This document shows positions 52,923-64,000 of a stretch of DNA of 64,000 nucleotides, piece by piece. The position numbers and the translations under genes were made by a program. Origin of the DNA: Vicugna vicugna (taxonomy: Eukaryota). Positions within the stretch are counted from its first letter, which is position 1. The number at the start of each line of letters is the position of its first letter. The notes beneath the pieces were generated by a model. The model was not told the DNA's origin and did not search any database. It worked only from the letters and a program-made list of their open reading frames with translations. The stretch covers positions 3,534,001 through 3,598,000 of the forward strand of contig MU058213.1 of the NCBI GenBank assembly GCA_013265495.1. The letters run 5' to 3'.

Positions 52923-55900
52923 CGGGAAGCGTGCGCGGTAGGAGGGCATGCGTGGCGGGGCTCGGGTAGGAGGGGCGCTCGCGGCGGGGGCGCGCTTCCC
53001 GCCTCCGCGCCGGGAGGGTGGTGGCCGACCCGCCCGCCTCGGGGAGCCGGGCAGCCCCGGGCATCCCCAGGGCGCTGCGCCGAGCTGGCAGTGGAGGCCG
53101 GGAGCACGTCGGCCCTTCCCCTGGGAAGGCAAGCTGCGCCTCGCCTCAGCAAGTCTCACTGAGATCCGCCCCAGAACTCGGCCTCTGACTAGCCGCCTGC
53201 GACCCGGGGCGCTTAATCTTAGCCTCTCCACCGGCTTAAACATCAGACCGCCTTTTCGTCGGTCCCGGCTGCCAATTCCAATAGAAGCTGGACCTTGGGA
53301 CCCTCGGGTCCAGCTGGAGGGCGGCAGCAAATGGGGAGGCGTGAAGGGAATCTCATCATGCTTGGACTCAGGAACTGAAATTCTCTTCCTGTGATTTGTA
53401 AACACGGTGCCAATTAATATTTCCTGTCATATGGTCTGCCCATCTTTAAAGCCTACCCATAACGTCCAGCTGCCAGTCTTAACCCTATAAATCTGCTTAG
53501 CTAAGGAAGCCTTGATCTGCAGCACCACTGGAAGGTAATGAAGAAGGGGGAAATAAAATAAACTGGGACCTCCGGTGCTGTGCAATAATATGCTTATTTT
53601 ATAGTCATGTCTGATGGGTTCAGATAGTTCCACAATCACAGGAAGTCCCCCACCAAATAAAGCACCCATAAAAGAGAATGGGGAATAATGAGCACTCATT
53701 GTCTAAGCCGGGATTAATCTCTTGCTCTTTTCCTACAGTTGCAGAAAGTTGCATAACTCTAGAGTCTGGAAATCTAATTTAAATTTTCCTTAAGGAATCC
53801 AGAATAAACAATTTTAAGTGCTGAAATGGGAACAAGACTATAGCCCATATTATTGGTTTGTTATATAAGATTTTGTTGTACTTTATGTTTGGCAGGGTCC
53901 ATTTAATTCATATTATGTATCAGAATTCTATTAATATACTATCCAAATTTTATCATCTGTATTAGGGAGAAAGAGGTGGCAGTTAAGTAAACACAAGTGC
54001 AAAATTCCAGAATGCTCAGGAATTGTTGGCTTAATTAAAAATCTCTCATAGATTAATTTCTTTGTTTTATAAACTGTCACATACTTGTGTTTTTTAGTAG
54101 GTTAGGAGTAAAATAATCTGAAAATATTCAGTATGCCCTTTTATTTGGGAAACAATACTTCTGCCTAATCTCTCTCTGATACACATTTTTATGTTTAACT
54201 TTAAGAAGGACATTTGTGTCATTTTAGGGCATTGTTTCAAAGGTATAGAAACAGCTTCCATCCTCCTACTAAAATTTAATGAATGGATGAGAAGTGTACA
54301 CACAATGTAAAACTGGTAATAAAGTCAACCAGAAATCCCAGTAATTTGCGTAGTAAAGCACCAGCTCTTATAGGCAGTAGGCAACAATGAAGATAATTCC
54401 AAAGACTGCTAATTTGACTGATGATTTCTTATTCCTTCCCTGTGGATCCAAAATCATAATGAAGAATTAAGCAGGCAGTTACTGACATATGATGAACTAG
54501 AGTAATTGTTATTTCTCAGCCAACAGCTAGGAGAGGCCCAGCGCAGCTGGTACCTGGAATTATGAGGACGTTCAAATAGAGAAGGTGGTATCAGCTGGTG
54601 GTCTAGTAACCACCACTACCATGGAGAAAGCTGTGTGGAATGAGAAATCCCTCTTTAACTGGACTTATTGTTCAACTGGGTGGTATACTCAAGAAGGTTT
54701 TTTGCCCACCTAGACTGCTTTCAATTGAGTTCATGTTGATTTGACTTGAATAACTAAGTATATAACCAGGTAAGAGGCATATATGAAGAATGTGACATTG
54801 TGCATAATAATTTGTTCCAAGCCTCACACCCCTGCTAGGGATTGCCCCCAAGTGAAAGGCTGGGCAGTTCTAGCAACCTCCAGTGGCATCACCGTGCTCC
54901 TCCTTGTTCTTGAACCTATCTTCCCTTCAAATCTCTTTTCACATGAGCCTCCAAACAGGTAACGGAGCAGTAAATGAATGAAAAATCAATAACCTCATCA
55001 AGACTTTCTAGTAGTCTATGTACCTAAACCTCTTTATCTCTACCTGTAATGTTAATGGTAATGCAGAACTTGAAGTTGTTTTTAATTTTTAATTATAAAC
55101 CCTTGGGGTAAAAATTCCGGTGCTGAATAACCAATCTAACAAAGGTAACAATATAAAAGATACTTTAACGTTAATTATTCCTTCTGTAAGGAATTTTTAA
55201 AAGTCTAGTGTGAAAGTTCTCCTTTATTCTCTCTCTCATAGTATCTGCTGGCTGCCTCTGTTGTTCTCTCTAATACAAGATGTTTGAGATCTTTAAGGTT
55301 CACTTTTTCTTCCTCTTCTTCCACCCTAAACTCCCTGTACGTCATCCATTGCCATTCCCCCATTGCCATGGTTTCAGCTACAGTCTTTGTAGAGCCTGTC
55401 TCAGACCCAGAATTCAGTAGGCCAAGAAATGTTCCTATTTAATATTACTATAAATGTTACTATCTAACTCTGTAATTGAGTTTAGTTCCTACTACAATTT
55501 TTCTGTCTGCTTGGTAGTTAAAAAAAAACCCAGTCGTAATCAGTTCACTCTTGTTTCTTTAGCCTCCTTCCAGTAAGGTTGATGCTAAGCTCTAGCAGGC
55601 AGTTGGGTGCAGCATCACCTTGGGGATGGAGGACAAGGTCCTCCCTGGGCCACGCTGCCATTAGTAGATGCATCCTCCATCCCTCTGGTCCTAGTTGTGG
55701 TCTCTCATTAGAGTGACATTGGGCCGTTAGTAATGTAACCCAAACTAATAGGATTGAAAGGTAGATGGTATATTGTTCTATTATATAGACGTCTAGAGGT
55801 AGGCAGGCCAGGGTAAAGACGGCTACTTTGCTCCACAAAAGAAGTCAAAAATTCAGGTACTTTACAGCTGGCTGCTTTGCCACTTCTAAGTGTGGCCCTT

Positions 55901-56596
55901 ATCCTCAGAGTCCAGAAACAGACTTAAGCCTCAGTCATCACATCCATGTTGCAGGCAACAAGACAGAAGAACGAATAAAGAAGGGAGTTCGGGTCTTACA
56001 CTTGACTTTTAAGAAAGGCTTACAGATTCTGCTTAAACTCATGAAACAGATTTGAGTCACATGACTGTATCCAAATACAGGATGGGCTGGGCAAATACAG
56101 AGACTTTGTTTTTCTCCTAGGAAGTCTTGTTGAGTGTCTGTTACTAGGGAGGAATGGATATAGGGGAAAATTAGCAGTCTCTCCCTAGCACCTTTGCCCT
56201 CCAGCATCCAAGGAGAAATCAGCGCTCCCATCTATTTCTGGCATTCAGGCCATAAGCTCTTAGGTTCAACCCTGAAAACCCCTTCAGGTCCTCCAGCCTC
56301 TTTTATCTGCTCCTGGCCCTTCCACATCTTTCTGTGGCTGCAGAGACTTGGGACCTGTCTCCAGCCTAGCCTTTGCATTGCTTCTAGAGTATTGCTGCTC
56401 TTCCATGCTGGAATCAGGTGGGGATCTGGGCACTTCTGTAAAGCTTTCCATGTAAGACTGTACCCAGGACACAGGTCACCTCTACTCTTGGATTCCATGA
56501 ATCTAACCCAGGGTTCTGTCATTCTCTAACCTGGAAGGAAAAATCCAGGTATGGGAAGGGAGTTCTCAGAACCTCTTCTCAGAGATGGTCACTGTC

Positions 56597-56786
56597 TAGT
56601 ACTGTCCAACAAAGCTCCCTGGAACGAAGGAAATCTTTTATATCTATACTGGCAATATGGTAGCCACTGGCTCATCTGGCTGTTCAGCACTTGAAATGTG
56701 GCTAGTGCAACTAAGGAATAATTATTTTATTATTTAAATTTAAGTAGTCACTTGTGGTTAGTGTCTATGATATCAGACAACACAGG
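56597..56786. mobile_element. MER3 hAT-Charlie MITE
   Basis: ctgtccaa...atggtagccact...gcacttgaaatgtggctagtgcaact. Confidence 0.85.
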
Positions 56787-58329
56787 AACTGTGTCTAACA
56801 TGTCCAAAATTGTAGAAACATTTTAAATTAAATTTTGAGTACATACAAAAGAATATATAAAAACATGTAAAAGAATAACAATGAAGTGAATTCTAATATA
56901 CACATCACCACTAAAAGAAAAAAAATGTTACCAACAACTTTTTTGTCCGTTTCATGCCTTCCTATTCCCTGTCCTTTCCTCCACTCACCAAAAGATAACT
57001 CCTATTCTGAATCCTATGTTTACCATTTTCTTGGTTTTTCTTAACTGTTTCACTAAATGTATGTATTACTAAGTAATGCATTATTTTTGCTTCTTTTTAT
57101 AAATGGGATCATTAAGTGACTTGGATTCTTTTACTCACCATTCTATTTGTGAGATTGATTTATGTTGATGGAGTTGTGGTGGCTGATTTATTTTCACTGC
57201 TGTGTAATATTCCATTGGATGACTTTACCACAATTAATCATTCTTCTGTTGTTGGACATTGGGGTGTTTCCAGGGTTTTTTGTTTGTTTGTCTGTTTTAT
57301 TTTGAATCTGTAAAGACCTTTTGTTATATTATTTAGCTGTTTCAAATGTTTACAGCACGATATTTAGATAAATTACAGTGGTGTCTCTGAAATATATTAA
57401 CAGTTCAAAATTTGTATCCATCGAGATAAATGAGATCACTAAACTTTTCCCAAAGGTGTATTATATTCAATGACAAAAATATCAATTTGAAATTATGGTT
57501 TTTAAAAAATCTGATCCTATCATACTCTTTTTAAAAATGAAATAAACTCTAAAAGTTTTTCCCCACTCAAATCCAAATATAGCATGGTGCTTCTTGTTTT
57601 AACTTTCTCTTACTTGTCATGTTAAGGAGTTTGGACTTTACACTTTAGCAATGAGAGGCAGTGCTTCCCTTTTTTTCTTTCTTTCTGATGATTATTTTCT
57701 ATTGTTTTGTTTTACTATTATGAATAATGCTGCTATAAACAGTCTTGTTTATAAATTGTTTTATGGAACATCTTTTAATGCTAGGAAGTAAGTAAAGAAA
57801 TGATGGGGACATGTCATAAGGACACAGAGACCAGCTTGAAGAGGTTCCCACTGGCCAAACATGGAGTAACTTAAGTACCAAAATAAATTACTATAGCAAC
57901 AGATTATTATAATCCAATGAAAAATCCAGTAGTATGCGTCCACACTAAGGTAAGTTCTAATAGATGAGTAAATTCAAAGTTTTGGCAGGTGAGGTGTTTA
58001 TAGAGTTCAGTGTATCTTTCCACAAAATACATATTAATTACATAGGGGAAAAAAACCAGAAGACACCACCATAATAAACTCACCAAAATGAACACCAGTA
58101 ATAGAACAAATAAAAATCTTGCAACCTGATAGAATGCAATGAGAAGAAGAGAGCATGACTTCAGTGCTATTCCTGCCTGCCCTGAATTTAATCATGAGCA
58201 AACATCTAACAAATCCAACTTACAGGACATCATAAAAAATAACCGGTCTATAATCTTCAGAGGTGTCAAGGGCACAGAAGTCAAAAAAAATCTGAGAAAT
58301 TATTCCAGAATTACAGAGATTAAAGAGAT

Positions 58330-58718
58330 TGTATTAATCAAGGTTCTCCAGAGAAACAGAACCAGTAGGATGTGTGTATGTAATGTGTGTGGGTTTGTGT
58401 GTGTGTGTATATATACACATATAAATTTATTATAAGGAATTGCTCACGTGATTATGGAAGTTGACATCTGAACTGAGGGCTGGCAGCCTGGAGACCCGAG
58501 AGAGCCAATGGTGCATATGAAGTCCAAAGACTGTCTGCTGGAGGATTTCTTTTTACTCAGGGAAGGCCAGTGTTTCTGTTCTATTAAGGCCCTCTGCTGA
58601 CTGGATGAGGCTCACCCACATTAAAGAGAGCAATCTGTTTCACCCAAAGTTTACCAGTTTAAATGTTAATCTCATCCAGGAACACCCTTCAAGTTAACAC
58701 ATAAAATTAACCATCACA
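58330..58718 (-). mobile_element. MLT2-type ERVL solo LTR
   Basis: tgtattaatcaaggttctccagagaaacagaacca ... cataaaattaaccatcaca; TG...CA termini. Confidence 0.9.
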
Positions 58719-59870
58719 GACACATGACAAAATAAGGCAACTCATGATTCTGAACCCTATGGCTCTAAAAGATATTATTTGGATATTTGCTGAAACATTA
58801 CTATACCTGAGGATTAAACTGTAATGTATGAATATTAATTGCCAGATTTTGTGGTACTGTGGTTATGTAGAGGAGAACGATCTTGTTCATAAGAAGTACA
58901 TTCTAAGTATTAGGACATGATGAGGCAGAAAGTTGACAAAGTTCTCTCAAATGATACAAGAAAAAGTTTCTTAAACTATACTTTCAACCTTTCTGTAAAT
59001 TTGATGTTGTTTCAAATTTTAAAAAACGGAATTGTGCTGGTTAAAAATAAACAAATATCTCCCCTAAAAGGAACCAGGACTCCTTGGAGAAATGGCTGAT
59101 TCTAGGATTCAAGATGAGCCTGGAGCATCTTTTAGTGTCAGAAAAAAAAGAAGTGCTCAAAAAAAAAAAAAAAAACAAATCAATCCCACAATTATGGGGG
59201 TATGTCAGAGATCTCCCAATGGCCAAAGCTGGAACAATTTGAGCAAGAAAATAAAGTAGTATTGAATTATAAACAAAGTATAAAATAAATATACATGAGT
59301 CTGTATTGAGATTAATAAATGAATTAGTAAATAAGTAGGGGAGAAGAGACAAATCTTTGTGTAAAATTCAAAATAATGTATGCAGACGCTCCACCCTCAA
59401 GGGGTGGGGAGCATGACTTACCTCTGCTGCAGTGTGGGATGAGCATAGTAACTGTCTCCCAAAGGTTACAGTATGGAAACGGGGAAGAAGGGGTAACTTC
59501 ACAGTGGAGAAACCTGACAGACACTGCCTCAGCCGGGTGATCAAGGTCAACCTCAATAGTATTCAGCAATGCTGATACTAGGTACCCTTGATAAGATGTG
59601 ATGGAAGTAGTGCTTTACCTCTGTGAGGGCAAAAACTATAACCCCAGTCTAATCACCAGAAAAACGTCAGATAGATCCCAGTAGACTGTCTACAAAATAC
59701 CTGGTCAGTGCTCCTCAAAACTGTCAAGGTCCATCAAAAACAAGGAAAGTCACAGAGATGTGATGACTAAATGTAGTAACGAAGTGTGAATAGGGTTCTG
59801 GAACAGAAAACAGACATTGGGTAAGAACTAAGAAAATCTCAATAAAGTATGAATTTTAGTTCCTAGTAAT

Positions 59871-60769
59871 TGTAAAGGGGAAATTCAGCTTTTTCCTTTC
59901 TATATAAGGAAAAACCCAGTTCTTCCCTATTGTGTTTCTCCCCTGTGAGTCTCCTTTACCTTTGCAGAGAACATGTCACTTCTGACACTTCTGGTCGCCA
60001 AGTGTGTGAAAGTTTTTCCTCAAACCAACAAGCAATTCCTAGACACTAGCTGGGTGTCCTAAAATTCCGCTTAATTCGGATCCTATTTATCCAGAGATAG
60101 TCTCAGATTCCACGGGTTAGGTTTCAGTCCTACAAGACTGCCCTCCTCCCCTTATCTCAGACGCCAGTCACAAGCCCAGGTCACCCCCGTGCTTCTGACA
60201 AACTGGCTACAGATCAGAGGTTCCAACAACCCCCTCCTTGGGTTTGATTAATTTGCTAGGGCAGCTCACAGAACTCAGGGAAACATTATGTTGACCGAGT
60301 TTATTGACGGATATGAGAAAGGATACAGATGAACAGCCAGATGAAGAGAGGTCTGGAAGGGTCCCAGGTGCAGGAGCTTCTGTCCCCGTGAAGGTGGGGT
60401 GCCTCACTCTCCTGGTGTGGATGTGGTCATCAACCTAGAAGCTCCTCAGACTCCATGCTTTAGGGTTTTTATGGAGGCTTCATCACGCAGGCATTCTCTC
60501 TCTCTAACTCCATTTTCAGCCCTTCTCCCAGCCGTCATCCAGAAGCCCACGCAGAGCTGCCTCACTAGAACAAAAGACACTCCTCTCGCCCAAGAAACAA
60601 TCACCCAGGGAATGACAAGGGTTTCAGGAGCTCTGGGGCAGGAACAGAGATCAAAGATTAATATTGGAACAAGAGAGGCCCCTAGTGTTCTTCTCACTTA
60701 GGGAATTACAAGGGTTTTAGGAGCTCTGTGCTGGAAACTGGGGGCAGAGATATATTTTCTACGATCTCG
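59871..60769 (-). mobile_element. MER21-like solo LTR
   Basis: agctgggtgtcct...acaagactgccc...gggtttgattaatttgctag...cagaactcagggaaaca. Confidence 0.75.
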
Positions 60770-62894
60770 TAATAATGCATCAATGTTTGTTTATTAACTA
60801 TAACAAATGTACCATATTAATATAAGATGGCAATAACAGGAGAAAGGAGTGTGGGGTAGGTAGGAACTCTCTGTACTATCTTCACAAATTTTCTGTAAAT
60901 CTGAACTGTTCTGAAAAATAAAGTTAAAAAAATTGTAATGTCTTTCAAAAAGTTTTACAATTTTCTCCACTATGGTCTTGCACATATTTTGCTACATTTA
61001 TTCCAACATACTTTACATTTTCCCCTGCTATTGTAAATGCAGTGTCTTTTTTTTTATTATTATACAGCCTAGCAGTTTATTGCTGGTCTACAAAAATAAC
61101 AACAGAGTTTTGTACATTTATTTTGGTATTCAACAAACTTCCTGAACTTCATTGTGTCTAAAATAATTATTTTCACTTTCACTCTGACATTTAACATTTT
61201 TGAGTGACAATTTTGTTTCTTCCTTTCCAATCCTCTCAACTTGCATTTCTTTTTCTTATTGTCCCATCTAACAAATAGATATGGTGATAAATAGCCTTAT
61301 TCCTGGTTTTAAAGAGAATGATATTTGCAGTAGGGTTTCAGGTTGTGTTTTCATTTGGGTTTTTTTTTCCCCCTATCCTTTATTTGGTTAAAAAGCTCAC
61401 TTCTATTCCTAGTTCACTAAGAATATTGGTCATAAATGGACATTGGATTTTATAAAACAGTGTCTTCTGTATTTTTTAAGATGATCTTTTTTCTTTTACT
61501 CTTTTTGTGTGGGAAACTTTTGATTAAGTTACAGTAATTAGTTGTGGTTAATTTTAGGTGTCATGATATAGTCATTCCAGATTGTCACAGTCTTTCCAGG
61601 TTTTAACTCAATCAAATAATGATTTGTCTTCTTCTCCTCATTCTGTCACAAGTAGAATCTGAGTCCGAGGAGCTTACCTGTGGTCATGGCAACGGAGGAG
61701 GGTGCCTGGTTCCTTCCTGCTGTCCCTCCGCATTGGAATTTATAGCTGTTCTCAGGTCTCCATCGTTCTCTGGTTGTTGTCCCATCTCTAAGGGCTCTTC
61801 TGCTCTGCTCGCTCGCTCTCTACCATTTTCCACCCTCTTTTAGGATTGTGGAAACTTCTGCATGTTCTCCATGACCCACCTTGGAGATAGAAATCTTGGG
61901 GGCTGGACTCCAGCACACTGTCAGATCATGCAGTGCTGTCATTTCTATTACAGGGGTGGCTGCTAGGCTGTGTTAGCAGAGGAGTGCTGTCTGGGGCTGA
62001 GCATCTCACAGGGACCCTGACAGGAGGTGGTGCACACATTTCCTCCCAGGGTGCCAGCATTATTACAGAATTCTATCACTACATCCTCCTGATCGCTCAG
62101 CAGCAAGGATACAGGCAGGGAGTAGGGTCTTCTCTCAGAGACAGTCAATTATATCTTGTTTTCACCTCCAACTCTCTCTTCAGGGGAGGAAGACTGGCTC
62201 TTTTATCATCATTCATTCTACCGAAATCTGCTGCTAATGGCATCAACTTTGGCTGTTGGTACTCAAAATCCAAACTTCTGAGACTCAAAAAGCCTTTTTC
62301 TCTCAACCTGTTTTTCCTACTAGGAGATTAAAAACTCTTATTTTGAAACTTATAAACTGAACATTGACTGTCTTTCTCTTTTTATTTCTGTAGTAACTGT
62401 CCTCCCCTGAGGGCAGTAAACATAGAAAGCACGGCTCACTGCTGCCCGAGGGCTGGGAAAGAGAAAGGGAAGCAGACTATTCCAGGAATAATAAGTAGTT
62501 ATCAGCAACAAAATTGCACAATAATATTGTGCACAACTTCCACGCCCTTAGCTCTGTCCTAAGCTTGACACATGTATTTCTCACTAGCTAACTCTGCCTG
62601 AGCATCTTAAAAAAAAAGCCAAAAAACCCCCTCAAACTTAATAGATCCAAAGCTGAAGTCACCATTGTCCTATATTCTCTGTCTGGAAATGGCATTACTA
62701 TATATTTAGTCCCAAAGGCAAGCAGCTTCTGAGTGTCCTCAAATTCTACCCCCCTAACTTTTCCTACCCCTACTTTATTATATAATAGAAATTCTTCTCC
62801 CTCTAATCTCATGAGAGTATTTCGTTTTACTGATATCCCTGACTAAGGTCAGTGCACTACCATTCTCTGCTTATTGGCTCAGACAGGTAGATTA

Positions 62895-63600
62895 CCCTTT
62901 GTCCTTCCTGAGCCACATGTATCTTCCGAGACAAAGGTTTGTGTGCAGGTAGTTTATTTGGGGCCATGCTCCCCAGCAGTGGTGTGCTTGGACTCAGCTC
63001 CTACTGGCTTCCAAGGACCAACTGTGCACATGTCTATCCAACTGCAGAAATTGGCAAACACTATAAACCAGGATTTTTTTTTCCCTGGAGAGCTGGTAAT
63101 TAAATATCAACCAGCATACCACTGATCCTAGGGAACACGAGTGAGGGCCTGAGAAGAATGAAACAGGGCAGGGGGTAAAAACCAATGCAATGGTTCTTGA
63201 GTTACTGGCTTTGATCTCTATTATTAAGTTGACGTGGGGCTCGCTCTCACTAAGAAGCCCTGACGCATAGACTGTATCTCGGAATTATCTTCCCAAGGAA
63301 GGCGTATTTATCCACTGGCTTCTCCTCCCCACCGGAAGGGCTGCCTGGGAGGGCGCTGACTCTCCTGCACGCCCGGGTCCGCCTGCGTGTGGAACGGCCG
63401 AGCGCGCTCCTGCCGGCACCCCAAGCAGCCGCGGCCGGGCAGCCCGGGGGCGGAAACGGGGAGACGCGCTCAGCAACTGCACTGAGCGGCTGCCCAGCGC
63501 CGGCTCCACGCAGCCGGCTGCCGCAGCCCGGGCTGCAGCCGAGGCCGGCTGAGAGGGTGAGCAAGAGAGCGAAAGGAACCCCCCGACCCAAGGCTTAGCA
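62895..63600 (-). mobile_element. LTR33/LTR16-like ERVL solo LTR, interrupted by MER63-like element
   Basis: Resembles the recalled reverse consensus (gtgtgcaggtagtttatttggg...gtatttatccac...ggccgagcgcgctcc). On the minus strand, TATA-like GATAAATA at 63312-63305 and AATAAA at 62958-62953. Confidence 0.6.
62977..63124. mobile_element. MER63-like hAT-Blackjack MITE
   Basis: Terminal inverted repeats cagtggtgtgct ... agcataccactg; internal gaaattggcaaac typical of MER63. Confidence 0.75.
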
Positions 63601-63680
63601 GGACAGGCTACGGTGCCCACGGCACTGACTGGGCTCAGGGTGGTGACTAACGTTCATCATTTCTCTTCTCAGCCACGCGG
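63290..63680. promoter_or_regulatory. Small orphan CpG island overlapping an LTR33/LTR16-like element
   Basis: About 30 CpGs in 63301-63625 by manual count; ETS CCGGAAG at 63332, TGACG at 63261, AP-1 TGACTCA near 63739. Confidence 0.75.
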
Positions 63681-63884
63681 TTTAGATTTCCCCCACCCTT
63701 GGCCGGCACCTTAGCAAGTCTGAGTTGTTGCCTGGTGGTGACTCAGATTTTTATCCCCAGGGGCTATGAACTGTCAGTTGTGTTAACCTTATCAGGCCAC
63801 GGTTGCTGTGAGAGACCATTTGAGGTTAGTATTGGACCTGCAAGTACTAAGATATGTCCCAGTGAATCCCCTGGGCTCCACACA

Positions 63885-64000
63885 TTTTGGAGGGGGGAGG
63901 TAATTAGGTTTATTTACTTACGTAGTTTTTCAATGGAGGTACTGGGGACTGAACCCAGGACCTTGTGCATGCTAAGTATGCACTCTACCACTGAGCTATA
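63885..64000 (-). mobile_element. tRNA-Ala-derived SINE (Vic-1 type), cut by window end
   Basis: ggggaggtaattaggtttattt tail plus tRNA-like head. Confidence 0.88.

Larger units (their letters stand above)
52200..53350. promoter_or_regulatory. CpG island / main NEDD4 promoter
   Basis: About 1.1 kb, very GC- and CpG-rich, spanning exon 1. Confidence 0.93.
57760..60930 (+). mobile_element. L1MC-type 3' regions with nested LTRs
   Basis: ggagaaatggctgattc, acagtggagaaacctgac, ggaactctctgtactatct; A-rich end near 60920. Confidence 0.75.

Noticed and set aside
52251..53405. Several overlapping 100-260 aa ORFs in the promoter
   Set aside because: Expected from stop-codon scarcity in a CpG island; only the 15-codon exon is supported.
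47480..60930. L1MC-type copies on both sides of the promoter as recombination substrates
   Set aside because: Too diverged and interrupted for homologous recombination; ordinary repeat content.
62515..62533. Inverted repeat tgcacaata-a-tattgtgca
   Set aside because: Arms of 9 bp are expected by chance in 64 kb of AT-rich DNA.

Overview
Mammalian genomic DNA, most likely camelid (four tRNA-Ala-derived SINEs of Vic-1 type). The window holds the 5' half of NEDD4 (HECT E3 ubiquitin ligase) on the minus strand. It includes the CpG-island promoter and coding exon 1 (52690-52734), C2-domain exons 2-5 (74, 79, 39 and 54 nt, all GT-AG, 97 codons with exon 1), and a 1551-nt alternative first coding exon (7876-9426) inside intron 5. 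That exon encodes the 517-aa Ser-rich N-terminus of the long isoform. I found no WW/HECT exons; they should lie beyond position 1. The rest is intronic or upstream DNA dense in L1, L2, MIR, ERVL/MaLR LTRs and DNA-transposon relics, many nested with visible target-site duplications. Main leads: an orphan CpG island about 10.5 kb upstream that looks like an ancient LTR33/LTR16-type LTR that kept its CpGs and points toward NEDD4; a dense uORF cluster before the long-isoform start codon; an L1 tail inserted in the branch-point zone of exon 5; and an ERVL fossil with an inverted integrase segment. I see no clearly new multi-gene system. Repeat family names come from recalled consensus similarity, and their boundaries are approximate.
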